Source: a bacterium
GTDB lineage: Bacteria; UBA8248
Length of the DNA: 64,000 nucleotides
Assembly (NCBI GenBank): GCA_965204535.1
Contig: OZ241996.1
Coordinates: forward strand, 1,280,001 to 1,344,000
Direction: 5' to 3'
Shown here: positions 48,866-60,773 of the stretch, in pieces
Numbering within the stretch: the first letter of the stretch is position 1
Layout: the number at the start of each line of letters is the position of its first letter
Position numbers and translations under genes: made by a program
The notes under the pieces: generated by a model
The model's input: the letters and a program-made list of their open reading frames with translations, nothing else
Told to the model about the DNA's origin: nothing
Database searches by the model: none

Positions 48866-50539
48866 GTGCTGAAACAATTGATGGTTCCCATATTCGAGAA
48901 CGCGTTCGAAAGCGCGCGCGCGGCGGGCGACCTGACTTCGGAGGGGAAGCCCGAGGTCGTCATCGAGACGCCGCCGAACGAGGCGTTCGGCGATTTCTCC
49001 TGCAACATCGCGATGACGTTGGCGAAGGCCGAGCGCAAAGCGCCCCTGTTGATTGCGGAGCAAATCGTCAAGCACTTCGATGCGCCCGAAGGGTTTTTCA
49101 CTGATGTCCGAATCGAAAAGCCCGGCTTCATCAACCTGTATCTCGATGGAGAACTTCTGTGCGCGAAGCTCACCGACATATTGTCCGCACCGGATGATTT
49201 TGGAAAAAACGAATCGGGCGCGGGAAAATCGGTTCACTTAGAGTTCGTGAGCGCGAACCCCACGGGGCCGCTTCACGTCGGCCACGGCCGGGGCGCCGCG
49301 CTGGGCGACGTTCTGGGACGCGTGCTGGAGGCATCGGGCTTTCGCGTTCACCGGGAGTATTACATCAATGACGCAGGCAACCAGATAGAGACGCTGGCGA
49401 AATCGGCCTACGCGCGTTATCTCCAGGACGTGAAGGGGGAAGATGTTCCCTTTCCCGAAGACGCCTACCAGGGGGAATACATTCGCGAGATCGTGAAATC
49501 CGCGAGGTTCTGTGAGGGCCTCGAGACGCCGGAGGATGAGGAAGCGCTCCTCTCGCAAGCGGGCGCCATCGCCAAGGACTTGATACTGGAGGACATCGAA
49601 AAATCCCTCGCCGAGTTCCGGGTTCGCTTCGATGAATGGTTCAGCGAGTCTTCCTTGTTCACGGGAAACGGGAACAAGGTCGAGGAGGCGATCGCCGCGC
49701 TTGAGGCGAACGAGAAACTCTACGAGAAAGACGGGGCCAAGTGGCTCGCATCGAGTGAATATGGCGATGAGAAGGACCGCGTCGTCGTGCGGGACGACGG
49801 CCGCCCGACCTATCTGGCGTCGGACATCGCCTATCATCATCTCAAGTATGAGCGCGGCTTCGATCGCTACATCAACATCTGGGGGGCGGACCATCACGGG
49901 TACTTGCCCCGGGTGCGCGCGTCGATGGAGATGCTCGGCCATGACCCCGAGAAGCTCGACGTCCTCTTCGTTCAGTTCGTGAGCCTGCGCCGCGGCGGCG
50001 AGGCGGTGCAGATGAGCACGCGTTCGGGCGAGTTCGAGGAATTATCCACGGTGGTGGATGAGGTGGGCGTGGACGCGGCGCGTTTTTTCTTCTTGATGCG
50101 GAGCGCGGACACGGCGCTCGAGTTCGACCTGGACCTGGCGAAAGAGCAAAGCAGCGAGAACCCGGTCTATTACGTGCAATACGCACACGCGCGCGTATGC
50201 AGTATATTCAGGCAGGCGGAGGAGGAGGGCGTGCCGCTCGATAGTCGCGATGCTCCGCCGCCCGGCGTGCTCATGCTGGCCGAAGAGCGCGGGCTTATGA
50301 AGAATCTCCTCGAATGGCCCGACGTGGTGCGGACCGCGGCGGAGAGACTCGAACCTCACCACGTCCCGTTCGGCCTCGTCGCTCTCGCCAAACAATTCCA
50401 TGCCTACTATAATCGCAACCGTATATTGGGACAGGACGAGGAACTCACCCGCGCTCGTCTGTGCTTGGCCAGGTGTGTTCAGGTCGTCTTGAGGAACGGT
50501 TTGAATTTGCTGGGAGTTTCCGCTCCCGAGAAGATGTAG
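48866..50539 (+). CDS. argS: Arginine--tRNA ligase
   Basis: EFVSANPTGPLHVGH, WGADHHGY, MSTRSG and YVQYAHAR motifs. Confidence 0.98.
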   Translation: MLKQLMVPIFENAFESARAAGDLTSEGKPEVVIETPPNEAFGDFSCNIAMTLAKAERKAPLLIAEQIVKHFDAPEGFFTDVRIEKPGFINLYLDGELLCAKLTDILSAPDDFGKNESGAGKSVHLEFVSANPTGPLHVGHGRGAALGDVLGRVLEASGFRVHREYYINDAGNQIETLAKSAYARYLQDVKGEDVPFPEDAYQGEYIREIVKSARFCEGLETPEDEEALLSQAGAIAKDLILEDIEKSLAEFRVRFDEWFSESSLFTGNGNKVEEAIAALEANEKLYEKDGAKWLASSEYGDEKDRVVVRDDGRPTYLASDIAYHHLKYERGFDRYINIWGADHHGYLPRVRASMEMLGHDPEKLDVLFVQFVSLRRGGEAVQMSTRSGEFEELSTVVDEVGVDAARFFFLMRSADTALEFDLDLAKEQSSENPVYYVQYAHARVCSIFRQAEEEGVPLDSRDAPPPGVLMLAEERGLMKNLLEWPDVVRTAAERLEPHHVPFGLVALAKQFHAYYNRNRILGQDEELTRARLCLARCVQVVLRNGLNLLGVSAPEKM

Positions 50540-50568
50540 TCAGCATCCGCCCAGGAAACGAGAAGTCC

Positions 50569-51366
50569 ATGAAGTCCCGGCAGCGCGCATCCGCGAAACC
50601 CTATAGGATCGTTTTCGGTAAAGTGCAGGCGGGCGTTTTTGCGCTCGTTCTCCTCACGGGAATGGGGGCGTCCTTCGGCTTCGGCTACCTCTGGGGCACC
50701 AGCGGCGCGTCGAGCAAAAAGGTTATGGCTGGGGTCAAGCCTGAACCGGAGGCCGGGAAAAAGGGCGAGAGAAAAGAGGCGGAACGCGAAGAGGTCACCG
50801 CGCTGAAAAAAATGCCCGAACGCGAAGCGCAAACAGTGATGGCGAAGAAGCCCGCAGATGTCATCCAGCCGAAATTTTACCAGGACTTGCTCAAGGAGAA
50901 CCAGGAAGACGAACAGCCCATCGAACCGATCAAGCTGCCGGAGGTGAAAAAAGAAATACCCCAGAAGCCGACGCCCCCGCTCGCAGCGGCGGTGGAGGAA
51001 CCCTCCGAGAAGGAAAAGCCTCTCGAGGAGAAAGTTGACGAGAAGAAAGAAAATACGAACGGCGTCGGCAACCAAACCCCGAGGCAGGCAGAGGTGGATG
51101 CACGTGCTTCGAAACCCTGGACGAAGGCGAGCGGATATACGATTCAGGTGGTTTCCGTCAAAAAATTCGACGAGGCGCTTCGAGTCGTCCGAAAGCTGCG
51201 GGACGCGGGCTTTCAGCCTTTTATCAAGAATGTCGATCTCGGCGCCAGGGGCAAGTGGTACCGTGTCCGGGTGGGGCACTACCGAGACAAGGCGGAGGCC
51301 CAAAAGACGCTCTCCCGGATGCGGGCGAGGATAAAGCTCCAATCGGCTAGAATTATGGCAATGTAA
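50569..51366 (+). CDS. SPOR-domain cell division protein (FtsN/DedD-like)
   Basis: N-terminal transmembrane helix, charged linker, YTIQVVS...WYRVRVG; downstream of argS. Confidence 0.88.
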   Translation: MKSRQRASAKPYRIVFGKVQAGVFALVLLTGMGASFGFGYLWGTSGASSKKVMAGVKPEPEAGKKGERKEAEREEVTALKKMPEREAQTVMAKKPADVIQPKFYQDLLKENQEDEQPIEPIKLPEVKKEIPQKPTPPLAAAVEEPSEKEKPLEEKVDEKKENTNGVGNQTPRQAEVDARASKPWTKASGYTIQVVSVKKFDEALRVVRKLRDAGFQPFIKNVDLGARGKWYRVRVGHYRDKAEAQKTLSRMRARIKLQSARIMAM

Positions 51367-51482
51367 AGTATATTTGAATACAATGTTTTGTGGTTTGTTT
51401 GCTATAAACGACTTTAAGCTTGACACCTGCGCTTCGCATTCCTAAGATGAGCCTCCCGATTCCCGGGACTGGAGGCAATTCG

Positions 51483-52466
51483 ATGGCTTCTCGACGCTTT
51501 CCGCCCTGGCTCGTAAAGCGGTTGCCGAATCCGAGCCGATCGCACGAAGTCAAGGCGCTGATGCGGAACAAGCATCTGCACACCGTGTGCGAGGAAGCCC
51601 GTTGTCCGAACCTGTTCGAGTGTTTTTCCCGCAATACGGCCACCTTCATGGTTGGCGGGGACGTCTGTACGAGAACTTGCGGTTATTGCGCCGTCACGAA
51701 GGGCGCGCCCGAGCCTTTGGACGTAAACGAACCGCTGCACGTGGCGGAGGCCGCGAAAGGCTTAGGATTGAAGCACGTAGTCGTCACGATGGTGAATCGC
51801 GACGATTTGCCCGATGGCGCAGCCGGCCATGTCGTGGCGACGATTGAGGCGATTCGCGAATTGCTGCCCGAGACCACGGTGGAAGTGCTGGTGAGTGATT
51901 TCATGGGTGATTTCGACGCGGTCGAACGGGTGGTTCGCGCAGCCCCCGATGTTTTCAACCATAACATCGAGACGGTCAGGAGGCTGTTCAAGAGCACGCG
52001 CCCGAACGGCGATTACGAACGCTCGCTGCGCGTTATCGGCATGGCGAGGGAAATCGCCCCGGAGATGGTGACGAAAAGCGGCGTCATGGTCGGCATGGGC
52101 GAAACCGAAGAGGACGTGCTCTCCTTGATGGATGATTTGAGGGATGAAAAAGTCGACTGTCAGATAATGACGATCGGGCAGTATCTCTCGCCCAAGAAGA
52201 AGGCGATTCCCGTTCGCGAATACATTCACCCGGATGTCTATGCGCGCTACCGTCTGGCGGGCGAGGCGAGGGGTTTTGCGCACGTGTTCGCCGGCCCTTT
52301 CGTGAGAAGCTCCTACAATGCGGAGGAGGCCCTGCACGCCTCCCAGGGATTGCGGGAAGGGAAATTGCAAGGAGACCCCGAGGGCCGCGCTTTTATGACG
52401 AGCGACGGCTCGGGCCGGAACGTCCCGGCGCCCTCCCGTCACCTGATATCCTTGCCGGTCAGTTGA
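51483..52466 (+). CDS. lipA: Lipoyl synthase
   Basis: CEEARCPNLFEC, CTRTCGYC and RSSY motifs. Confidence 0.97.
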   Translation: MASRRFPPWLVKRLPNPSRSHEVKALMRNKHLHTVCEEARCPNLFECFSRNTATFMVGGDVCTRTCGYCAVTKGAPEPLDVNEPLHVAEAAKGLGLKHVVVTMVNRDDLPDGAAGHVVATIEAIRELLPETTVEVLVSDFMGDFDAVERVVRAAPDVFNHNIETVRRLFKSTRPNGDYERSLRVIGMAREIAPEMVTKSGVMVGMGETEEDVLSLMDDLRDEKVDCQIMTIGQYLSPKKKAIPVREYIHPDVYARYRLAGEARGFAHVFAGPFVRSSYNAEEALHASQGLREGKLQGDPEGRAFMTSDGSGRNVPAPSRHLISLPVS

Positions 52467-52478
52467 GGATTTTTGAAC

Positions 52479-53675
52479 ATGCATGAGTTCCAGCGCATTA
52501 CCCGCCTGCCTCCCTATGTCTTCGCCGGCGTTGACGAGTTGAAGATCGAGGCCCGCCGCCGGGGCGACGACATCATCGATTTCGGTATGGGGAACCCCGA
52601 CCTCGCCACCCCGCCGCACATCGTGGAAAAACTCGTGGAAGCGGCGACGAACCCCAGGAATCATCGCTATAGCGCTTCGCGCGGCATCACCCGGCTGAGA
52701 GCGGCCATCGCCGATTGGTATGGCCGCCGCTATGACGTGAATATCGACCCCGAAGAGGAGTCCATCGTCACCATCGGCGTGAAGGAGGGGCTCTCGCATC
52801 TGGCATTGGCCATCACGAACCCGGGTGATTTGGTCATGGTGCCGAGCCCGACATACCCCATCCATACCTACGCCATGGTGCTGGCGAACGGCAACGTGGT
52901 CCATGTGCCGCTCTCCCAGGGGGATGATTTCTTCGAAAACATGACCGACATCATCCGCCCGATATGGCCGCGGCCGAAAATCCTCGTTTTGAGTTTTCCG
53001 CACAACCCCACCACGGTATGCGTGGACCTCGATTTTTTCGAAAAAGTCGTCGCCTTCGCGAAAGAATACAACCTCATCGTGGTCCATGATTTCGCCTATG
53101 CCGACTTAGGCTTCGACGGCTACGAGCCGCCCAGCATTCTGCAGGTGAAAGGTGCGAAGGATGTGAGCGTGGAATTTTTCTCGCTCTCCAAGAGCTACTC
53201 CATGCCGGGGTGGCGGATAGGCTTCGCCGTGGGGAACCGGGAGATCATCGGCGCGCTCAGGCGCATCAAGAGCTATCTCGATTACGGCGCGTTCCAGCCC
53301 ATCCAGATTGCTTCCATCATCGCGCTCAACGGCTCTCAGGAGTGCGTCGAGGAGATTCGCCAGATTTATGAGAATCGCCGGGATGCGCTGTGCAACGGGC
53401 TGGAGAGAATCGGCTGGCCCGTTCAGAAACCCAAAGGCACGATGTTCGTGTGGGCCGAGATTCCTCAACAGTACAGGGAGATGGGTTCTCTGGAGTTTTC
53501 CAAATTCTTGTTGAGGGAAACCGAGGTGGCCGTCTCGCCCGGCATTGGTTTCGGCGAACTGGGCGACGGGCACGTTCGCTTCGCTCTCGTGGAGAATGAG
53601 CACCGGACACGTCAGGCGCTCAAAAACCTCCGTTCCCTGTTTCAGGAGAAAGCGCCCAGGCGAGCGGCGAACTAG
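52479..53675 (+). CDS. alaC: Class I/II aminotransferase, AlaC-like
   Basis: [23 protein letters not shown] and RIKSYLDYG motifs; upstream of hom. Confidence 0.88.
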   Translation: MHEFQRITRLPPYVFAGVDELKIEARRRGDDIIDFGMGNPDLATPPHIVEKLVEAATNPRNHRYSASRGITRLRAAIADWYGRRYDVNIDPEEESIVTIGVKEGLSHLALAITNPGDLVMVPSPTYPIHTYAMVLANGNVVHVPLSQGDDFFENMTDIIRPIWPRPKILVLSFPHNPTTVCVDLDFFEKVVAFAKEYNLIVVHDFAYADLGFDGYEPPSILQVKGAKDVSVEFFSLSKSYSMPGWRIGFAVGNREIIGALRRIKSYLDYGAFQPIQIASIIALNGSQECVEEIRQIYENRRDALCNGLERIGWPVQKPKGTMFVWAEIPQQYREMGSLEFSKFLLRETEVAVSPGIGFGELGDGHVRFALVENEHRTRQALKNLRSLFQEKAPRRAAN

Positions 53676-53701
53676 TTCACCGTCCCCGGGGTCAAGAAGA
53701 C

Positions 53702-55030
53702 ATGAAGAAAATTTGCGTCGGTATATTGGGCTTGGGCACGGTCGGAAGCGGTGTGGTGAACTTGCTTGATGAGCAGCGGGAGTTGATCAAAAGGCGCCTC
53801 GGCGTGGAAGTGTGCGTCTCCAGAATTGCGGATCGCAGCGTTTTCACCAAGAAGAAGACGGCGCGCGGGGTGGCTCCCGAGAACATCGGGACGGACTTCG
53901 AAGCCGTGATCGACGCCCCCGAGGTGCACGTGATCGCGGAACTGATTGGCGGTACGGATGATGCCAGACGCCATATCCTGCGGGCGATCGGCAAGAAAAA
54001 GCCGGTGGTGACCGCAAACAAGGCGGTGCTCGCGGTTCACGGGGAAGAGATATTCGCCGAGGCGGAGAAGGCGGGTTGCCCGCTGGGTTTCGAGGCGTCC
54101 GTCGCAGGCGGCATTCCGATTGTCAGAAACCTGCGTGAAGCTTTCGCGGCAGATAGAATCGAGAGGCTCGCCGGCATCCTGAACGGCACGTGCAACTATA
54201 TCCTGAGCCGTATGACGGAGGTAGGCGCGGATTTCGGCGAAACGCTCAAGAGCGCTCAGGAACTCGGCTATGCGGAGGCCGATCCGGCATTTGATATCGA
54301 CGGCGTCGATGCCTCGCACAAGATAGCAATCCTGGCGAACCTGGCCTATGGCACGCCCGTGGATGTCGAGGAATATCACACCGAAGGGATACGCCACATC
54401 ACTTCCGTCGACATCGACATCGCCAAGGAACTCGGCTTCCGAATCAAGCTCATCGCCACGGCTCAGGAGAAAGACGGGAAACTGGATATCCGCGTTCATC
54501 CGATGATGCTTCCCGAAAGCCATCCCCTCTCGCAGGTGGGCGGTGTCTACAACGCGGTGGCGGTCGCGGGGGTGAATGCCGGGCCGCAGGTTTTCATCGG
54601 CAAAGGCGCAGGTTCGGAGGCGACGGCTTCCGCCGTCGTGGGCGATATCATCGAAGTGGCGAGGTGGCTGAAAAACGGTGGCGACTCGCGGATTCCCGCC
54701 GCCGCTTTTTTGCCGGATCAGCGCGCGCGCCTCGACATCCTGACGCCCCGGGAAATTTCAACACGCTTCTACGTTCGCTTTGCGGCTTTGGACAAGCCGG
54801 GGGTATTGAGCCGTATCTCCGGCGTTTTCGGCGATCACGACATCAGCCTCGAAACCGTCGTCCAGAAGGGCCGCGCCGACGAAGACGGCTATGCCCGTCT
54901 GGTGTTGCTCACCCACAAGGCGACGGAGGAAAACATGCAAAACGCACTCGGGGTAATTTCCCGCCTCGACGTGGTGCAGCCTTCTTACGCGCTCGTGCGT
55001 GTGGAATCGGACGGCATGGCGTTCATGTGA
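53702..55030 (+). CDS. hom: Homoserine dehydrogenase
   Basis: GLGTVG, VVTANK, EASVAGGIP, GILNGT and a C-terminal ACT domain. Confidence 0.97.
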   Translation: MKKICVGILGLGTVGSGVVNLLDEQRELIKRRLGVEVCVSRIADRSVFTKKKTARGVAPENIGTDFEAVIDAPEVHVIAELIGGTDDARRHILRAIGKKKPVVTANKAVLAVHGEEIFAEAEKAGCPLGFEASVAGGIPIVRNLREAFAADRIERLAGILNGTCNYILSRMTEVGADFGETLKSAQELGYAEADPAFDIDGVDASHKIAILANLAYGTPVDVEEYHTEGIRHITSVDIDIAKELGFRIKLIATAQEKDGKLDIRVHPMMLPESHPLSQVGGVYNAVAVAGVNAGPQVFIGKGAGSEATASAVVGDIIEVARWLKNGGDSRIPAAAFLPDQRARLDILTPREISTRFYVRFAALDKPGVLSRISGVFGDHDISLETVVQKGRADEDGYARLVLLTHKATEENMQNALGVISRLDVVQPSYALVRVESDGMAFM

Positions 55031-55055
55031 TCAAGCAGACAAGGGTTCATCCCTG

Positions 55056-56306
55056 ATGCGGAAAATCTTGATGGTTCTCGCACGCGGCCTGGCCGACAGG
55101 CCGGTGGCGGACTTTGGTGGTGAAACGCCTTTACAGAGGGCGCGCACGCCCGGGCTGGATCGCCTGGCCGATATGGGGTTTTCCGGCCTGTGGTCGCCAA
55201 CGCCTGAAGACGCGTATCCCTCTCTGGATGGATTTCTCAAGAAATTTTACGGCTCCTCCGTCGCCCTGTCTTCCGGCTTGATGATGGCCGCCGCCACCGG
55301 CCATCTTCCGGAAGCGGGAGAAGCTGTCTTCCGGCTCAATTTCGTGTGTTTGAAGCCCGGCGCTACGAGCGTCGTCATGCTCGACCCGACGGGCTTCGGC
55401 GTCACGGACGAGGAGAACCGCGAACTCATCGCTTACCTGGAGCGGCAGATGCCGCCGGATGAGGGGGAATCTTTCCGCTTCGAATCCCTGGGCGGCTGTG
55501 AGGCGCTTCTCTTTTACAAGCGTGCGGGTGCGCCGCTTCTGCAAGAATCTTTTCGCGACTTCTCGCCCCCATATGCGATTACCGGAAACCCCATCGGGGA
55601 TCATATGCCGGTAGCGGAGGCGGCCCGGCGCTTCGTTCATTTCGTCAACGATTCCCAGATGGTGCTCTCCACCCACTCGGGTTTGAGGGAAAAGGCGCAA
55701 ACCCGCATGTTCGCTGCAAACTCCGTGTGGCTTTGGGGAGGCGGCCTCACCGAAGAGGTCGGGCGGATGTCGGAAAAAACGGGAGGCAGGAGTTCGGCCC
55801 TGATAACAGACTCGCAACTCGCTAAGGGTTTTGCCAAACTAGGCGGCGCGGATGTATATGAGCCGGGGGAGAAGGTGCCCGTCACGGTGAGCCAGGTGCT
55901 TTCGAGCCATGATTTCGTCTGCTTGATAGAGGATGCGGACGACGTGTCCCCCTGGCGCGAACCGGAGGAGAAAATCGAGGCCATCGAGAAGTTCGACGCC
56001 GGGCTCTTCTCGCCCCTGTTGGGAAGGCTGAGCGAGCCTTGCCGCATACTCGTGGCGGTGGATCATGGATTCAGCGTGGAATCTCAGGAATGGACTGCCG
56101 ATGCCGTCCCGTTCGCCATCGCGGATTTCGATGGAGAGAATTTGACGCCGCCGAAGCGTCCGGGAGGGTTGGCCGCTCTTTGGGAGTTGATGCGTGGCGG
56201 AGAAGGAAAACAAAAAAATTCGGCCGTCGGTTTTTCCGAGGAACTCGGGGGAGCAAGGCGCGTCTATTCGCTGAATGCAGTGAAAAAGCGGTTGTTCGCT
56301 GGATGA
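55056..56306 (+). CDS. ApgM-like (cofactor-independent phosphoglycerate mutase family) protein with a degenerate metal site
   Basis: GETPLQRARTPGLDRLA, FRLNFV, ANSVWLWGGG, KIEAIEKFD, VDH and VPF motifs. Confidence 0.82.
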   Translation: MRKILMVLARGLADRPVADFGGETPLQRARTPGLDRLADMGFSGLWSPTPEDAYPSLDGFLKKFYGSSVALSSGLMMAAATGHLPEAGEAVFRLNFVCLKPGATSVVMLDPTGFGVTDEENRELIAYLERQMPPDEGESFRFESLGGCEALLFYKRAGAPLLQESFRDFSPPYAITGNPIGDHMPVAEAARRFVHFVNDSQMVLSTHSGLREKAQTRMFAANSVWLWGGGLTEEVGRMSEKTGGRSSALITDSQLAKGFAKLGGADVYEPGEKVPVTVSQVLSSHDFVCLIEDADDVSPWREPEEKIEAIEKFDAGLFSPLLGRLSEPCRILVAVDHGFSVESQEWTADAVPFAIADFDGENLTPPKRPGGLAALWELMRGGEGKQKNSAVGFSEELGGARRVYSLNAVKKRLFAG

Positions 56307-56316
56307 TGGGGATAAA

Positions 56317-57521
56317 ATGAGTCTGGTCGTAAAAAAATTCGGTGGTACCTCGGTCGCGAACCTGGAAAAGATTCGCGGCGTGGTCAAGCGAGTCTCGGGA
56401 GCGAGAAGTTCCTGGGAGCGCATCATCGTCGTGGTGAGCGCGATGGCGGGGGAAACCGACAAGCTCATCCGGTTCGCGCATGCGCTTTCGCCTCAACCGG
56501 TGGGACGGGAGATGGATTTGCTGCTCACCTCGGGGGAGCGCATTGCGAGTTCGCTTTTGGCCATCGCCCTCGATGCGGTCGGGATACCGGCCATATCCCT
56601 GACGGGCGGGCAGGCGGGCATTCTGACGGAAGGCGCCCATACCCGCGCCCGCGTGCGCTCCATCCGCCCGGCGAGGATTGTAAAGGAGCTCGACGAGGGG
56701 AAGGTGGTCGTCGCCGCGGGCTTTCAGGGCGTCGATGCGTTCGATGAGGAGACGACGCTGGGACGCGGGGGCTCCGACCTCACCGCCGTGGCGTTGGCTG
56801 CGGCGCTTGAAGCGGACCGCTGTGAGATTTATACCGATGTGGACGGGGTGTACACGGCTGACCCGCGCCTTGTACCCGACGCGAAGCGCATGGAGCAGAT
56901 ATCGTTCGAGGAGATGATGGAACTCGCGTCCCTGGGCGCGAAAGTGCTGCAGGCGCGCTCTGTGGATCTGGCGGCGAAGTATGACCTGCCGCTCGTCGTC
57001 CGATCCGCGTTTGATGAAGGAGAGGGAACGTTGATCATTCCAGAGTCGACGGGAATCGAGTCCCCCGCCGTTCGCGGCGTGAGCTGCGATTCGAAGCAAT
57101 CGAAACTCACGATTAGCGCCGTGCCCGACAGGCCCGGAATCGCCGCTGCTCTCTTCGGTCAGTTGGCCGAGAAATCCATCATGGTGGACATGATCGTCCA
57201 GAACGTGAGCGAAAACGGCCTGACGGACATCTCCATCACGGTGAACAGCGACATGGCGCAGCAAGCCGAACAAATCATGGTGGAATCGAATGAATCCTTC
57301 GGCGGGGCCACCATCTCCCGCGATGACGACATCGCGAAAGTCTCCGTCGTGGGCGTGGGCATGAAGAGCCAGGCTGGCGTGGCGGCGCGCGTTTTTTCCG
57401 CATTGGCGAGAAGCCGCATCAACATCATGATGATCTCGACTTCCGAGATTTCCATATCCGTTGTGGTGGGCCAGGCGGACTCCGAGAATTCGGTGCGCGT
57501 ACTGCATAAGGAGTTTATCGG

Positions 57522-57525
<4 letters not shown>
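56317..57525 (+). CDS. lysC: Aspartate kinase
   Basis: [21 protein letters not shown] and two ACT domains. Confidence 0.97.
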
Positions 57526-58499
<974 letters not shown>

Positions 58500-58510
58500 A
58501 GGGTTTCAGT

Positions 58511-60709
58511 TTGGGCAAAGAACTGCTTTTTGAAATCGGTACCGAGGAGATCCCCTCGACCTACATGCCGGGGATGATAGCTGCGCTCAAAGACCGGGCG
58601 GAGGCGGCGTTTGGCGAGGCGCGCCTTGATTACGAAGGTCTGAAGACGTTCGGGACGCCCAGAAGGCTCGTCTTGCATGTAGCCGATTTGGCGGAGCGCC
58701 AGAAACCGCTTCAAGAGGAGATACTGGGGCCGCCAGTGAAAAACGCGTTCGATGAAGACGGGAATCCGACGAAAGCGGCTCTCGGCTTCGCCCGGACAAA
58801 TGGGGCGGAGGTGTCCGAACTCAAGCAGGTGGATACGCCCAAGGGCGCGCGCCTGATGTATTTCAGAGAAGACTTAGGGGATGAGGCCAGGACCGTACTG
58901 GGGTCTTTGCTGTCGAAACTGGTTCAGGAGTTGCCGTCTCCCAAATCCATGCGTTGGGGAGCGGGCAAGTTTTCCTTTGTTCGGCCTGTGCAATGGATTC
59001 TGGCCCTTTATGGGCAAGAACGCATCGATGGTCCTGTAGCGGATGAGGATACATCGCTCCCGCTTTTTTCTTCACTCACGTACGGACATAGGTTTCATCA
59101 GAATAAACAATTAAATATCAATAACTATCAGGAATATATCCATGTATTACATGAGAGCAATGTGGAGCCTGTCGTCGATGACGGAAAGGGCGGCGGGCGC
59201 ATTCCCATGGTGCGAGCGGACGTCCTGGAAGTAGCCGGGTCCCTGGACGCCGAGCCGGCAGCGGACCCGGAGGCCGTGGAGCGCTTGGTGGAGAAGGTGG
59301 CGCATCTGGTGGAGTGGCCGTTTCCTGTGGCGTGCGGGTTCGATGAAAAATTTCTCGATCTCCCGAGTGAAGTCATTATCTCCACCCTGGAGGTGCACCA
59401 AAGATGTTTTGCGCTCAAGGAGAAGGGGGGAGAGAGACTCATTCCCTCCTTCATCGGCGTGAGCAATACGCATGCGAAGGACATGAGCGTCGTTCGGAAA
59501 GGATATGAACGCGTCGTGCGCGCGAGGTTGGAGGATGCGGAATTTTACTGGCGCCAGGACCTGGCGACACCCCTCGCCGACATGGCGGAGGAGCTCAAGG
59601 GCGTGGTTTATCACCCGAGGCTGGGCACGAGCTGGGACAAGGTGGAGCGGTTCAGACGCCTGGGCGCATGGCTTTGCGAGAAGCTCGCGCCGGGAGACGG
59701 CGCGTTGGCGAAAACCGTGGACGAGGCGGCATATCTCTGCAAGGCGGATTTAACCAGCGGCATGGTGTATGAATTCCCGGAACTTCAGGGCGTCATGGGC
59801 CGGCGCTATGCCGAACGCGAAAGCAGGAGCGAGGCGGTATCCCGCGCCATATATGAGCATTACCTCCCCAGAGGCGAGGGCGACGATCTCCCCAAAGAGC
59901 GCGCGGGCGCCATCGTGGGGCTCGCAGACCGCATGGACACCATCGTCGGCATGTTGGGGTTGGGCTACCTGCCCAGCGGTTCGGAAGACCCTTATGCGCT
60001 GAGGCGTGCGGCGAATGCGATTTTGCTCATTCTGGAGGACCGGGGTTTCAGAATCTCACTGCCCGAATGGGTGGAAGTCGCGAGCGAGCCTCTGGCGGAT
60101 AAGTTCAAGGGAGATTCCGCCGAGGCGGCTGAAAGAATTCTGGGTTTTCTGCGCAACCGGGTGTCCGCCTATCTTTCGCGTGGCGGCGCGCGAGGCGATC
60201 TGGTGGAGGCGGTGCTCGCTGCGGGAGAGGATTCCGGCTGGCGCGACGTGTTGGACGCGCGGGCGCGGCTTCGCGCACTGGAGCGGTTGGCCTCGAGCGA
60301 AGAGACCTTCGAGCCGCTCACGACGACTTTCAAGCGGGTGAGCAACATCATCCGACAGGCGAAAGAGGGTGGTGAGCATGATGAGGCGACCAGCCTGGAT
60401 GAGCGTCTTCTCGTGGATGACGCCGAGAAGAAGCTGAACGCATCTTTGTGCGCGGTTTCAGAAACAGTAGAGAAAGCGCTGGGGAACGTGCAGGCGGGAG
60501 ACGCCGCCTCTTTGGAGGAAGCCTATGTTTCGGCGAATACCTCCATTGCGGAAATTCGTCCGGTGGTGGATGATTTTTTCGACGAGGTGATGGTGATGGC
60601 CGAGGACGCCGCCTTGCGGAAAAACCGCCTTGCGCTGATGGCCGACGTCGGCGCGCTGTTTTCAGCGAATGCGGATTTCACAAAAATTCAATTGAGGGCG
60701 ACGAAATAA
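58511..60709 (+). CDS. glyS: Glycine--tRNA ligase beta subunit
   Basis: LLFEIGTEEIP, TPRRL, EFPELQG, DPYALRR and FFDEVMV motifs. Confidence 0.97.
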   Translation: MGKELLFEIGTEEIPSTYMPGMIAALKDRAEAAFGEARLDYEGLKTFGTPRRLVLHVADLAERQKPLQEEILGPPVKNAFDEDGNPTKAALGFARTNGAEVSELKQVDTPKGARLMYFREDLGDEARTVLGSLLSKLVQELPSPKSMRWGAGKFSFVRPVQWILALYGQERIDGPVADEDTSLPLFSSLTYGHRFHQNKQLNINNYQEYIHVLHESNVEPVVDDGKGGGRIPMVRADVLEVAGSLDAEPAADPEAVERLVEKVAHLVEWPFPVACGFDEKFLDLPSEVIISTLEVHQRCFALKEKGGERLIPSFIGVSNTHAKDMSVVRKGYERVVRARLEDAEFYWRQDLATPLADMAEELKGVVYHPRLGTSWDKVERFRRLGAWLCEKLAPGDGALAKTVDEAAYLCKADLTSGMVYEFPELQGVMGRRYAERESRSEAVSRAIYEHYLPRGEGDDLPKERAGAIVGLADRMDTIVGMLGLGYLPSGSEDPYALRRAANAILLILEDRGFRISLPEWVEVASEPLADKFKGDSAEAAERILGFLRNRVSAYLSRGGARGDLVEAVLAAGEDSGWRDVLDARARLRALERLASSEETFEPLTTTFKRVSNIIRQAKEGGEHDEATSLDERLLVDDAEKKLNASLCAVSETVEKALGNVQAGDAASLEEAYVSANTSIAEIRPVVDDFFDEVMVMAEDAALRKNRLALMADVGALFSANADFTKIQLRATK

Positions 60710-60773
60710 TCGGAGTTGTTTTCAGCCACCCATATGTATTGCACAGACGCGCGAGGGGCGCGGGAGGACGCAG

